The translations under genes and the position numbers were made by a program. Shown piece by piece: positions 42,858-56,848 of a DNA stretch of 64,000 nt. The stretch's first letter is position 1, and each line of letters begins with the position of its first letter. The stretch is taken from the NCBI RefSeq assembly GCF_006345805.1, contig NC_042998.1, positions 173,538,001 through 173,602,000 of the forward strand, given 5' to 3'. Source of the DNA: Octopus sinensis. Taxonomy: Eukaryota. The notes under the pieces were generated by a model, which saw nothing but the letters and a program-made list of their open reading frames with translations, was not told where the DNA came from and ran no database searches.

Positions 42858-43064
42858 TATACATATATATATATACTAAATATAATAATTGTAAGCAAAC
42901 CTTTACTGAGACAAAGTGAATATGGACGTCTCTTAGTACAATAATACTATATAATATATATGAGGGTTCGTTTTGGCCTGGGTTAGCTCATCATTTTTCA
43001 CTCAATACTTGCTTTAAATCGGACTGTATGTATTATTATTATGATATATTACTGTTAATCGGCG

Positions 43065-43237
43065 CTGTAGTGTCTGGGTGGTAAGTAGTTTGCTTACCAA
43101 CCACATAGTTCCGAGTTCAATCCCACTGCGTGGCACCTTCGGCAAGTGTCTTCTACTATAGATTCGGGCCGACCAAATTCTTGTGAGTGGATTTGGTTTG
43201 GTAGACGGAAACTGAAAGAACCCCCGTCATATATATG

Positions 43238-43268
<31 letters not shown>

Positions 43269-43490
43269 ATATATTTGTGTGTCTGTGTCTGTCCCCCCAA
43301 CATCGCTTGACAACCGATGCTGGTTTGTTTACGTCCACGTATCTTAGTGGTTCACCAAAAGACCGATAGAATAAGTACTAGGCTTACAAAGAATAAGTCA
43401 TGGGGTCGATTTGCTCGACTAAAAGGTGGTGCTCCAGCATGGCCGCAGTCAAATGACTGAAACAAGTAAAAGAATAAAAGAATAAAGAAT
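43065..43490 (+). mobile_element. tRNA-derived SINE family A, near complete
   Basis: Head GGTGGTAAG...GAGTTCAATCCC, body, (TA)/(TG) tract, tail ending in AAAAGAAT repeats. Confidence 0.85.
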
Positions 43491-43844
43491 ATATATGTTA
43501 TATATATTCATAAATGCAAGCACATATGCACAGCATACACACAAACACATACACACACATGTCCGCACATACGTACGTACGTGTATATATATATATATAT
43601 CTATATATATATATATATAAACAAATCAAATTGCGATAAAATAAAAATAATTATAATCGCTGGTATTACTAACACAAGCCATATATTTTTCATATATCAG
43701 TACATTAAGGCGAAATATGTGCTAGGAATACAAAAGCTTGATAAATTAAGTGAAATGAAGATAAAACATTTACTAAACCGGAAAATTCTCAGACTGCAGT
43801 TTCTTTCTATTCAGCAAACAAGATAATTTATTTGCCCAGGGAGA

Positions 43845-43879
<35 letters not shown>

Positions 43880-44384
43880 ATATATATATATATACATATA
43901 TATATACATATATATACATATATATATATATTATATATATATACATCAGCATCTTTTAAAAATCGATATTGAACAGCATAAATAGATTTTTAAAACGAAA
44001 TAAACCATAACAAGAGAACAACATTCACTAACTGCTTTTTGTACATGGTAATTGTCTTAGAATAGAGACACAGGCTTTCCTGTATATTGAACTGCTTAAT
44101 ACATGACGGTCATATTCAGGAAGGTAAAAACAAAATATTCGTAAAACAATGCATGGAATCAGTATAAACATGCATCATAATATAATTGAACTAATGAGCA
44201 TTTAAGAGATCAACGTAATATATTATGCAATTTCTTAGATATTGAGATATATGATATATTCACGCATTTTGCAAACTGGGAATTTAGGACATAAAATTTA
44301 ATTATCACCGCATACAGCAATCAGTCATATTATCTATGTATGTTATCTTCTATTATAATCTGAATATGCTGAATATGCATGTAC

Positions 44385-44458
<74 letters not shown>

Positions 44459-44999
44459 AAATAGCATTTGCTACACGAGTCGAAGTATCATTAAAAGAGA
44501 GTTTGAAAATTAACCTGGAGGCTATTAAGAAGTTAATTTACATTGTCATAATCGTAGTCACAATTTTGTAATTATCAAAACTACTGTGAGTTGGAATAAG
44601 CGGGAGCTATGCCGTAGTAGTCTCGACTAAGATCGAAGTTCTGAAATTTAAACCGTTCTGTGGAGAGATTCTATCTCAAATGTGCCATCCGTTGAAGTAC
44701 ATTTTGATTAAATTGAAGTGGACTCTAAAACTAGAGGTTCATATGACTCTTTGTGTGATATATGTACCGAAAGTTAAAGTTGTATTAGAGAGGTGAATGT
44801 ATCAAATGACAACAAGGTAACGATTGTGCGTTATGTGTGCGTATTTGATCAATGAATGCGTGGACGTTAACTGTATCAATGTCATGGCTGTGGTAATCCA
44901 ATGAGTTTGCTATGCAATAGCATAGACAATAATTCGTCAGAATAGCAAATATACAGAAATATCTTACAATATTTGTCCATAATGTGATCTATTTATTGG

Positions 45000-45650
45000 T
45001 ATATAGAGAATGTAAACTACAGTAGAGAAAATATCTGTGCTTGATATGAGGTCAAAAGATTGGTTTGTATACATTTATTTGCTAGCCTTTGAACTCTTCA
45101 CTTAGTGGAATCTACCTGGTATTAGGATTTGATATTTCTTGTCAATAGATAGGAAAATATTCGCATGTCTTATGTTACAATCGTTACATTTAATAGCATA
45201 ACTGATATTCTTCAGGAACAGGCGCAGTGCTTTATTTTATGGTAAATGTTCTGATTCAAATTTATAAGATATGCCTTCTATAATGTTGATGCCGGTTCTG
45301 CAGTGTGGATGAAAACTGTTTTTACATCTGCTGTTGTTTATAGTGACATTTTAATGTCTATTACTTTTGAGAATTTTGTGTAGTTCATTCTTTTTTTTTT
45401 TTTTTTGCGGGGACGAAAAGTTTCTTGGAACTTGCTTCAATAAAATATTATGCGGAATAATGTATGTTTCTATAATTTTTAAGTTGTGTAGTGTGATATA
45501 AGGCTAAGTTTTTGATGTATTTGAATTTGTTGAATGTCTGTTGCTTTAGCATGTTCTATTCCGTTATAAAAAAACTATTGTTGGATACTTTAGAAAAGCA
45601 GAACTCTTGATTTTTGAAGTCTTTTATTTCAAGTATCAAAAATCGAAATG
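45000..45650 (-). pseudogene. Degenerate Penelope-like (Neptune-type) linker/endonuclease remnant
   Basis: CRTGINIIEGISYKF...KNISYAIKCNDC parallels CDTCPYLTEGSEFTF...QNLIYVLIYSGC at 19.7-20.4 kb; contains stops. Confidence 0.5.
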
Positions 45651-46504
45651 TCTGATTCTATTTTTTGTAAATAGGTTAAACGTAAATAGTAAGAATTGTC
45701 AGATTCTCGAGAGTGTAAGATTTGAAGTTTGTGTCTATTTTTATGCGTACAATATTGAGGAAGAGTATTTGATATTGATTGCACTCCAACAATTGTCAAG
45801 TCATTTTACGCAAAGTTAACAAAATCTCGTTTGACAGATATGTACCAAAATAAGTACGAAACTGGTATTTACACTTATCAAAGGCAACTGCCCATCGATA
45901 CCAACAATGCCTACAAGAAAAACAACTCTGGCTCTTATTATGTTACTAATTTCAATGCAAAAATATAGTAATCTGAAAATAGATAATACTGTAGATACTT
46001 TGCTGTTAAATGAACCATAATTATCTTCTAATGACTATTTAAATCATTTTCTTGCCAACGCAAATGTAATGTAAATAAATGATATCCAAGCAAAACTGGA
46101 AGTAATGAGACCATTAAATTATTTTAGATTGCTTCATTTTTAACGTTAGACAATTCACTTATCTGCGTAGAAAAATAATTTTTTTATTAATTATCAAATC
46201 GTTCAGAAACATGGATAATAACCACATTTATTTCTAAATTTATACAGTTTGAAATAATAGAGTGTTATTAATTTATAACTAAGTATCGCATGAAAAAGCT
46301 TTAGAAATCGGTAAGTTTTATTCCAATGAGGGATTCTGTTATGTGTATTACTATAGACGCTAGGAAATGTTTATTAATTTGCAAATATTTTTATAGAGTT
46401 AAGTTCTTTAAATTAGCTATGGAAATCGTTCGATAAAACTGAAAATGTTAGATAATGCAGTTTTATATTCAAGAGATGAGGAATCATGTGCATTATTTAA
46501 ATTA

Positions 46505-47542
46505 TTTATATTATTTACATTCAACGGATATTTTTCTTCATCTTGTTTGTTTTTAACACATATTTCGGTTGATATACCCTCCAGCCTGTTTCAGGTGTCT
46601 TGGAGAAACTTCGAACCTGGGTTCTCATTCATAAGGTATTTTTCGATGTTGTTGTTGTTGTTGTTGTTATTATTATTATTATTGAGTGAATTTTAAGGCT
46701 TATAAATATAATATTTTCCTATCCTTCCTTAATACCGGTTCCCATATGCTGCTCATATCTGCACTCGGTCTGATTAGGAGGCAGCTGTGTCCTAGCATAT
46801 GAGCTGCTTCTTTTAGTTTTCGTGTTTTCCACTTGTGTTCTTTGTCTATTATTTTAACTTCATCCCACACGTGGAGGTGGCCTCCATTTTTCCACACATG
46901 ATCAACTATACCCGTTTTATCAATATCTCCTCGTGTCACAGCTTTGCTATGTTCGTCTATCCTTATTTTGAGGGGGCGGAATGTTTCGCCTTTGTATAAC
47001 CTACCTCAGCTGCTTGGGATGGAGTGCTCGCAGTCTTTGGTCATATTCTCTTCTATCAGTTGTTTTACCTGAAGGAGATATTTCCGAAGTGTTATATTAC
47101 TCTTGAATACTGTCCTGATGTCATATAGACCGCATATCTTTGTAACTTTTCGGAGAGACCTTTCACATAGAGTAGACAGACTGTGGACAGTTTAATGGTC
47201 TCAGCTTCTCTCTTCTTCACAATCACAGAGGATAGTACACTTTTGGTGTAGTTGGTGCTTAACAAATCGTTGAGCTTGATCATTTCTTCATGGTGTGTAT
47301 CACGATCGCTACCTATATTTTTGCACGATGTTTTAGGCACTGAGCAATCCCTCTCTTTACACTGTATGCATGGTGGGAATTGAAGTTGAGGTATCGTCCA
47401 GTAAAGGCCGGTTTGCAGTATACGGATGTCTTCAATCCATACTTGGTGCATGTTATTAATACGTCCAGGAATGCCAGCTGATTATCTTTTTCCTTTTCCG
47501 TTGATTGAGTTGATATGATCTAATAGCACTTGGGTATCACGA

Positions 47543-47610
<68 letters not shown>

Positions 47611-47780
47611 TAATAACAACAACAGCAACAGCATTGAAAAATACCTTCGGAATGAGAACCCAGGTTCGAAATTTCTCCAAGACACCTGAAAAAGGCTGGA
47701 GGGTATATCAGCCGAAACATTGTGTTAAAAACAAACAAGATGAGGAAAAATATCCGTTGAATGTAAATAATATAAATAAT
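46505..47780 (-). mobile_element. Penelope-like element (Poseidon-like) 3' fragment flanked by inverted pseudo-LTRs
   Basis: LAFLDVLI..TSVYCKP..TGRYLNFNSHH, LYVKGLSEKLQR, DHVW..EVKIIDKE.KWKTRKLKEAAH; 46505-46690 and ~47545-47780 are inverted copies that include AAT/AAC repeats. Confidence 0.9.
47681..47726 (+). ncRNA. Minimal hammerhead-like motif in pseudo-LTR (degenerate)
   Basis: GACAC CTGAAAA A GGCTG-gagggtatat-CAGCC GAAAC ATT GTGTT: stems I and II pair; G8 is replaced by A. Confidence 0.5.
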
Positions 47781-50214
47781 GAAAATTTTCGATTGATATG
47801 ATATTACATCTTGGTCTTATTGCTGAAATGTTTCTATTCGGCCAAGTTCGCTCTCTATCGCGATAATGGATTACTTCCTTTGTGAAATATGTATAGTTAC
47901 ATATGGATACTGTTACAAAGGTGTTCATCAACATAAATCTTACTGTATGCACGGTTTAATTGTTCACTTATGGTAAACGAAGGGAAATTATAGTATATTG
48001 ATATTAATTACAAACACCCATCAGCAATGATAAAATACATAGTTAACAATTTTGGCAAAGACATATCAACTTTATCCAATAACGATATATCATTTAATCC
48101 TGCTACTCGTTAATATAATGATGCATGTAAAGGGACTAGCTTTAAAGCGAATATATTACACTAACAGTCATAAAGCTAAATATAGGAAACAAAATACAAT
48201 ATTGTACAGGCCTCTTTATGATGTAAACGTCTGTTTCTAACCTTAAGTTGTACACAATTGCTGCTTCTAGTGACAGAGTAAACAAAAAATAATCAGCTAC
48301 AAACACGCAGAAGTATGCTCCTAATATTTCCCCTATTAGCAGTTTGTGTCGTGTCTTTCTAAAGAATTTGCCTATTAAGTTAATCTACCACGTGACACAG
48401 ACAGGGAATTAAAAGTTATGTAGAGATTACTGAATGTACGATATATATATTTGCCGGGAATTCAGAAAACCAACTTATTTTCTAACTGTACAAATATATC
48501 TGAACTTCAAACGATAGTAATATGAATGGTTATAAGAAAACGATTATTAAAGAGCCGACATCCATCCCTCTATATTACTGGTTCCGAAAGATGTGAACTT
48601 TCTTTTCCTGAGAAGTATAACCTCCTGACACAGGCTTTTGGAATTTTGACGCAAAGATCGGATTTGGTGAATTATTGCGGACACTTCCATTGATATTTGT
48701 TGAGGAATTATAGTCACCAAGTGGTTAAATTAGGTTATGTCACAATTAACAGATTTATTATACATTGAAAGAAAATCTTATACTGATGAGAGACATTCAA
48801 CTATCCATTAACAATAAAATTTCAAGTATAACATACACATAGCAGTTTTACTGAAGACATGTATGTATGTACACACACATATATATGTGTGTGTTTGTGT
48901 GTGCCAGTGTGTGCATGTCTGTGCATGTGTGTGTATGTCTGTGTATTTCTGTATATGTAGGATGTGAAAGAAATGATTCGTTTGGGTATAATCGAAATTA
49001 TTTTAAGTGATACCTTTTATCGCAGTAATTAAGGTAACTAGAATTGTATTTGCGTAGCAAAAGGAATGTCATTAATATATTTAATCAGAAAATAATTGCC
49101 TAATTATTCAAAATATCTTCAAGCTATTCACTGATACGCTTTATTTTTCGTGCTGATGATTGAAATTCTTCATTTTAGTGAAATGATTACTTGTAATAAT
49201 GTCGTTTGTTTCATTTGTTAAAATATTTCTCAGATACTTTCACAAATTCCTTATTATTACAGAAAATTAATTGTTTGTTTATGCTCACTAGAAAAAGATT
49301 TCCAATAAATCTGTTGTCACATCGAATTCGTTGCTATATGTTTTGATTTATATTCCTCTTGTAGCTACTACAGTACGTGTTTTCAGATGCTTGTTTACAA
49401 TTAAGTTTCATTTTTTTATAAAAGCTTTTCATATTTCGCTATTAGAAAAAAAATGAAAGAAACAGATATTCAACATATGTTGGCTGTAATAAAATTGACT
49501 GTTGATTTACGATGTGAAATATTTGATATATTTTACGAGCATGGTGCAGAGGGGAACAAATGCGTACCCACCTTTTCTGAGAAAATTTAATTAAATTTTC
49601 TAGCATCTTCTTTAGTTAAATAGAAGAGAAATTGATTAGCAGATATTATATATCATTATTGATCTGGAAAATACTCACTTTTCGACATAGGCTCAAGGCG
49701 AATGTTTGCAATTTTAGTCGACTGAATAGAATCAATTGTATTAGCGTAGCTCATTTTACCAGCACCGACTGTGAATGAAATTTGAGGTAGGTTTTCAATA
49801 TTGCAGCTGTTCCCAACCACATGGTTCCAGGTTCAGTCATAGTACGCATAGATCAAGCACTGTGGAATCCGAAGGGTTGTGCGCACCGGGCGCACATATA
49901 GATATATGTGTGTGTGAGTGTGTGAGTTTGTGTGCGTGTGTGCGTGCATTTAGACGGAAATAGATGGAAATATATATTCACATAGTATCAAGAGTGTTTA
50001 AGTATATATTAACTAAATTTGACTGAAACTGATGGGTGATCCTTTGGCCAATCAGATTCGCAAGGAGCCATGGAAGCGTCGATTTGTGAGTTTGATTCAG
50101 CCTGAGGTTAGCTCATCATTTTTCGGCCATTTGTTTATATTTAAAAATCATCGCTTCAAATCGGAGAATAAATATCATTATGAAATACATTATATACAGT
50201 TATTATATATATAT

Positions 50215-50482
50215 AAACGACGGGCTACTTTCAGTATCTGTCTATCAAGTCCAATCACAAAGATTTCGTCAGCCTAAGGCTATAGAAAAAGAATCTTTGT
50301 GTCTGTGTTTATGTCTGCTTAACTTAAAGGTTCAGCAGAACAGACCGATGGAATAGGTACCAGGCTTACAAAAAATAAGTCCTGAGATCGATCTCTTCGA
50401 CTAAAAAGGCGTTTAATGCGGTGCTCCAGGATGGCCGCTGTCAAATGACAGAAACAACTAAAAGAATAAAAGAATAAAAGAA
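50215..50482. mobile_element. Two SINE family A fragments in opposite orientations
   Basis: Minus body fragment 50215-50290; plus tail fragment 50310-50482 ending in AAAAGAAT repeats. Confidence 0.6.
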
Positions 50483-51075
50483 CTCTTTCAATGACTTTCA
50501 AATATAGATACCATAGACAGATGAAATTACCTCAGGGAATATTTTTGGTCCAGCTACTATAGAAATTAAGGCGAGACTGATCCGTTAATGAAGTAATGAA
50601 CATAAGAATACTATTAGGGTAAGAATGAAAACAATCGTTGCAATATTTTTGAGTAATGAAGAAACTGCATATGAAGAATTTTTGAAACCTGATGAAAACA
50701 TAACACAGTTTTTCGGTAATTGGTTACGAATACTTTATTAACAATGTTGAAGCACGAATTAACACAGAGTACAGAAAATTAGAGATGATATTGCCTGGAA
50801 GGAAGGTTAAAATTATGAACATTGAAGCAGATCCATTCCACTTTGAAAATATGCCACATCATCTATAAGCATAATTTCTGAATACTGGAAGCAATTTTTG
50901 TCAATTTGTTTTGAAGCAAAGGTTAGATATGATAAAAGCTGTGTGGTTTTCTTCACTAGGAATAATTCATGTACCTACTTAAATATTATTACATGAGAAT
51001 GTTCTTTTCTTTTTCTTTCACGACTCTTTTTAACTTATTCGCTTTCCCCATTACCATTCCTCTCTCTAATTCTCT

Positions 51076-51117
<42 letters not shown>

Positions 51118-51138
51118 TTGTTTCTTTGTCTCTCTCTA

Positions 51139-51183
<45 letters not shown>

Positions 51184-51450
51184 ACCTTTCTATACTCATA
51201 GAATATATATGAATGTTTAGTATGTATATTCTATATTCGAAATCTCACGGGAGAGAATGAGTACACAAGAAGAATATTCTACACGTTTACTCAGTAATCA
51301 TAAAACATGCCAGTACTTAATTTTAAGTCAGAATTAGTGGATAAAACGGTATATATATATATATATATTGATAGAAATGGCAAGACAACAAAAGAATAAA
51401 AGATACTTCGATAATATGTAACTATAGGAATTTATCTGTAAATATAATAC

Positions 51451-51543
51451 GTGACAATTATTCGGTAGCCATGATAAAATTCCGAGTTTCTGCCCCGACA
51501 TCCGAAACTCGGAGTTTTATCATCGCTACCGAATAATTGTCAC
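51451..51543. repeat. 40-bp inverted repeat with 13-nt loop
   Basis: 51451-51490 and 51504-51543 match at 38/40; abuts (TA)n. Confidence 0.85.
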
Positions 51544-51548
51544 ATATA

Positions 51549-51600
<52 letters not shown>

Positions 51601-51736
51601 ATAAGCAACATTATATCAAGCAAGTAGTCATACACTACGGCCGTTTCAAATGGCTCCCTTTAATTGAACATTGCAATCAATACAACTTGGTGCTTCAACT
51701 TAAGTACCTAATTCAATTGAATCTCAATTATAAATA

Positions 51737-51804
<68 letters not shown>

Positions 51805-52742
51805 CGTGTGTGTGTATGCATATATGAATATATATGCATATATATGAATATGTATATGTATATATATATATATATATGTATGTATATATGTTTTTTCTTT
51901 GTTCATGTTTGGATTAACTATATATATATATACATATATACGCATACATTCATCTAACACGATAATGAGCATAGTGTTTTTATTATATATTTGTTTATAT
52001 ATATATTTGTCCAAAATTACGGAGAATGGAGAGGAAGTAATAGAAAGGAATAGCAATGACAGAGAGGAAGTACTAAAGAGTGCGTCGTGTATCTTCTACT
52101 ATAATAATCTTCTATAATAATACTCTCGTGTATTTCTCCGTCATGACATAAAAATGAGAAAGGAAGGGGTGATTCACCGATGGAAGTGGGATGGTGAAAA
52201 GTCAACGGTGACACAAAAATCAAACAGTGCTTGGATTCTGTGTGAGTATATGTGTGTGCCTGTAAAGGTTAGGAATGTGAATGATTGTGTGTGTGTGTGT
52301 TTGTGTAAAATATATTTATATATTTGAGTGAGTGTATATGTATGTATGTTTATTTAGAAAGATACATAAAAAATAGAATCACAGACACACGCACATTTAC
52401 ACACTTAAAATGGAAGGAAGCGGGCTGTGACAAAATATAGAAAACCGCGTCTGCTACAGACTGTGCTTCTTATACACATAAATGTATACATATGCACATG
52501 CGCACGCGCGTGCACGCACACATACACACACACGCGCACACATAGTTACACATAGTTGAAGCACTGTTTGTTTTGTTTTTCACCTTTTTGTACCCTTTCT
52601 ATATAAAAATACAATTAGCCGTTATTTTTGACGGCGCCGGGGCCAGCTACTCTATATAATAATCTGCTTAATCATTCGCCCGTTATACTTCAATTAGTTA
52701 GAGGAATGGAGGTGAAGTGAGTTAGAAGTGGAGTAAAAGTGT

Positions 52743-52774
<32 letters not shown>

Positions 52775-53749
52775 TGGGGAGGGGAGTAGTGTGAGTAGAG
52801 AAAAATTAAATGAAATAGAGAAAGCGGTATAATAAAGCCAAATGCGTCACGTGGGTAGTTGAAGACAGAGCCGAAGATCGAGTCAAAAAGACAGTGAGAG
52901 AAAAGAGGGACAGAGAACTGTTAACAACGTGCTGTAAGGTAGGGAGGGAAAGATAAAGAGAAAGAGATATGTTTAGGATACAATATTTAGCAGAGGCTAA
53001 TGTTCTGGTGGTGAGGAGGCAGTTACATTAAGAAAGAGATAGAGAGAGAGAGAGAGTTAGTGGAAGTGGGAGGTGAAGAGAAGGAGAGAAATGTTAAAGA
53101 CATGAAGACGGGAATTACATGGTTAAAATGTTTCTTGAAGAGGTAGAGAGAAATAGAGAAATGTAGAGGGAAATTTTAAAATGTAATATATTATTTTGAC
53201 TGGGAGTGTGATACTTAGAAAAATAATATCAAAATATGCAAATCAACCTTTCTTTTTTAAATCTTTCTCTTAATATTTTCACGAGCCCCACTAGTATGTA
53301 TTGTGTGTGTTTGTGTGTGTGTGGTGTGTGTGTGTGTGTGTGTGTGTTTGTGTATGTATGTGTGTATGTATGTGTTATATTCCGTATTAATATAAATTTA
53401 CTTGTCTGTATATATAAATATGTAGCTATTTGTATTTATACATATCTCTCTATATATAACCATGCTCATATATGTATATTAATGTATATCAAGTTTAATT
53501 GTGTTTATCTGCATCACTCTCCCTCTTTAATGTGTGTGTGTATGTGTATGCAGCAAGGTAATTATTTCGAAAACAGACTTAGCTAATGTGAACTTACTTT
53601 CAATTAATCGGTTATGTATGTCGTATCAACCGACTTTAATTTGTGCGAGACGTATTTTGCGTATGCAAATGTAAATGTTGTTGCCAACCAATTGTAAACT
53701 TTGATGTTATAATTTGCTATAAATCGTATATTTATTACCAAAGCATGCC

Positions 53750-56280
53750 ACGGAACTGTGAGATTAATACTTGAACAACTTACTGATTAACTAATTTGAT
53801 TACCGCCAAGCAAAGTGATTCCATAATATCTTCAGAGCTCTCAGATCCTCGAAGTGCGAACGTGCAATTCAACATTGTTAGAATCGTGATGGTTCAGGTT
53901 CCTATAGTGATATTAATCACAATTCACTCTACATCGAAGGCAGAATATAGAGGCTTCCAAAATTCGGTTAGGTAGCATAAAAATAACAAAATATTGATAG
54001 TTCTATGCTGCCCACTTCTGTCCATATCATTTAATGTACACTTCCATTTTGCATTGTGTTATTCACTAAAGATCACTAAATGTATCTAAAAATGTCGTTA
54101 ACGGATCTGAAACTGAAATGTTCTCTCTAAAGAAGGAAATCAGCTGTTTTGAAGTTAGCTAATTCCAGCAAGCACGATAAATCAATAGCAATGAGATTTC
54201 TTGGTGTCTTTTAATGTCTCCCTTCATGAAAAGACATTGGCATTTAACAACTTACTGCTTATTCGGAAATGGTCAACGGATTTATTTTATGCAAGCAATT
54301 GCTACTCGGCAACTTCAAAGTTCAAGGATCATAACTTTTACAGCCTTTTCCTGTCATGTAAATATATATAAACAACCAACGGAAATGAAGAAACAAAGGT
54401 ACTTATGGTCAATTTACCATAAGTTTTGTCAAGGCCATCGAAAGTCAGTATACTCCACATACAGTTAACATGAATGTTTCCTTCTATGGCTTCTCTATAA
54501 AGAAAGAGGTTCAGATTCACCTCACGACCTTTGAATAGTCAATAGAAATTTTTGTACCAACTCTAGAGAGAGATTATTTAGATTTACATTACACGAAAAT
54601 GTAACATTGCCAGAATCTGCATTTGAAAGTTCTTTTATGATTCGTGAACCATCCAATACACTTCAGTTTCGGCCCAAGAATCATGACCTCTCCAAAGGTT
54701 TCAAGAATTAAAGTCAACAGATATATTCTAGCATAGATATAATTTATACAGCTCAAGGATATGAATAGTCAAGAACAGCAAGCATAGGGCTTCTCACAAT
54801 CTAACTTCTTAGAAGTCAATTACCATGTAAAAGAAAGTAACATCATATACTGATGACAACTTGAAATATATATGTCTATGACACTGAATCCATACTCACC
54901 GTAGAATAAAGGACAGTCTATTTTGCTATTTATAATAGGGTTCGGCAATATAAAACTAGAATTTGCTTCTTCGGTGTTTAAGGTAAACACTCTCAGTTTA
55001 CAGCTTGTCAAAATCCCTCACCACAAAGGCAGAGATTATATAACTTTCTTCACATTTTGCAGACACGACTCATTTTGCTTTCAAACCCTTTTTATTTGAG
55101 CATATGTGGCGCATCTGGTGCAGCATTGCTAACATTTCGGAAATCATAAGAAATGGAAAACGAATGTCTGAGAATAATTGTCAACAGTAACCAAGAGGAT
55201 TATGTATTCCCTAGAGAAAATCGCAGAGTTTGCATAGTAATAGATTTCTGACGAGGAGAGCAGCAGTTGTACTGGAAAGTGACGTGTCAAGCTCTTCAGT
55301 GATTCTAAAAAGAATAAAATCCAGCGAAGACCATACTTCTTTTGAAACTTAATTACTTTTGGCCAATCCTTAAATCTCCAAATCGTCTGTAAACATATCA
55401 GCAGCCAAGCCATTTTTGCCAATAAACTCGTAGATAGAGTAGATTTTTGCCAATAAATTCTTAGAGTAGATTTTTGCCAATGAATTATTAGATAGAGTAG
55501 ATTTTCTTCTGGCAGTAACGGTGATGTGAACTTTGCCCCCGTTAGCGAAGAGGTTAAGACAACAGTGGAATTAATATCGGAGCTCTTTCTAAAACTACAG
55601 CATCATAAATAAAGTTAACGACGTACGGCAAAGAATGTTTGTGTCTACACTATCAGCTAGCAGCCATTGCAGGTAATTACAGCAGCGAATAGCAGCTGTT
55701 GCAAATTCTTCTGAATGTTAATGTTTATTGGATCTTTAGCACCTCACTGATTTCAGTTTAAAAATAATGCTGCTGAATAATTCAGGTCCATCACAATTTT
55801 TAATTAGCCCGAGCCAAATAGTTAAAAAGTTTATGCAACACGTTACCAAGGATATTAATTTCTCTGCGTGCGAGGATGAAGCTGCAATTATATCCAAAAT
55901 TTCATTCGTACCCATAGACGTACATTTCTAATATAATAGCAAATTCAATTTCTAAAGCAGGTAAGTTTCAGCAAGTCAATCAACGAATGCCACTGAACTA
56001 CATCTTAGATTTGCTTGGAAAATCGCCAGATTAAGAAGGGGATTTAAGTGTTCGAGGACCCGTTAAATCTTATGTACCTAGATTTGCAGTGACTATGAAG
56101 AATAGATGTCTAATATGATATAAGATGAAGGAGTCAATTGCAAATCAGATCATTTCTTTACTGCCACATATATTACAATTCCTTTATTCTGAGAACCACT
56201 GCATTTGAGCACTTCCCAAATTATTTTTATAATCAAAGTGCTTGCAGGACATGTTCAGTAATAGGTTCAAATAAAATACA
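53750..56280 (-). pseudogene. Highly degenerate hAT-like transposase remnant
   Basis: Collinear order on minus: BED-like CNIC...H...H, FLGLIK, FHCCLNL (CxxH-like), KVIKF...RW, LKP..EV, PLYSAFDVE (dimerisation-domain-like). Many stops and frameshifts; no TIRs found. Confidence 0.5.
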
Positions 56281-56290
56281 ATTGTTTTTA

Positions 56291-56848
56291 TTGGGTTGTC
56301 CAGAAAGTTCGTTCCGATTTATAGTAGCTTACATTTTGACATATTTTAGAACATGTTTGAGTCCATAAAATAGGATTTGACTACACCTTCATTTAGAGCA
56401 CAGTTTAAGCTATCCTTACGTAGAAGAAGGTTTATGTTCCTATAAACTGTGTTAATTTTGTAACCCCTTTAAATGGAAGATAAGAAAGTTCATTTTCGGC
56501 ACTTGATGCTTTGGGAACCAAACAAAAATTGCTGCAGCTCGACTGGGATGTGTTACCCCATTCTCCATATTCACCAAATATTGCTCCTTTGGATTTCCAC
56601 TTATTCAGGTCTTTGCAGAATAAACTTAATGGTAAAAATTTTAATTGCTTGAATGACATAAAAAGATACCTTGATGAATTCTTTGCCATGAATCCACCTC
56701 AATTCTGGGAAGAGGGTATTTTCAAGTTAAAGGAGGCGCATTGTGCAAAACAATGGTTCATATTTGGTTTATAAAAAATTTAATGTCAAATATTTATTGA
56801 CCTTTTTATTTCCTGTAAGAATCGGCACGAACTTTGCAGACAACGCAA
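56291..56848 (+). mobile_element. Internally deleted mariner (Tc1/mariner) element
   Basis: TA-flanked imperfect TIRs (TTGGGTTGTCCAGAAAGTTCGTTCCGATT and AATCGGCACGAACTTTGCAGACAACGCAA); ORF 56511-56774 WDVLPHSPYSPNIAPLDFHLFRSLQN is the mariner catalytic C-terminus. Confidence 0.92.

Noticed and set aside
45838-45968. Candidate terminal exon (..DMYQNKYETGIYTYQRQLPIDTNN..*) after an AG
   Set aside because: Short, no recognisable homology, no partner exons, and adjacent to a PLE relic.
50600-50900. Possible old mariner relic (EFLKPDENI, FHFENMPH)
   Set aside because: Motif similarity is weak and no TIRs were found.
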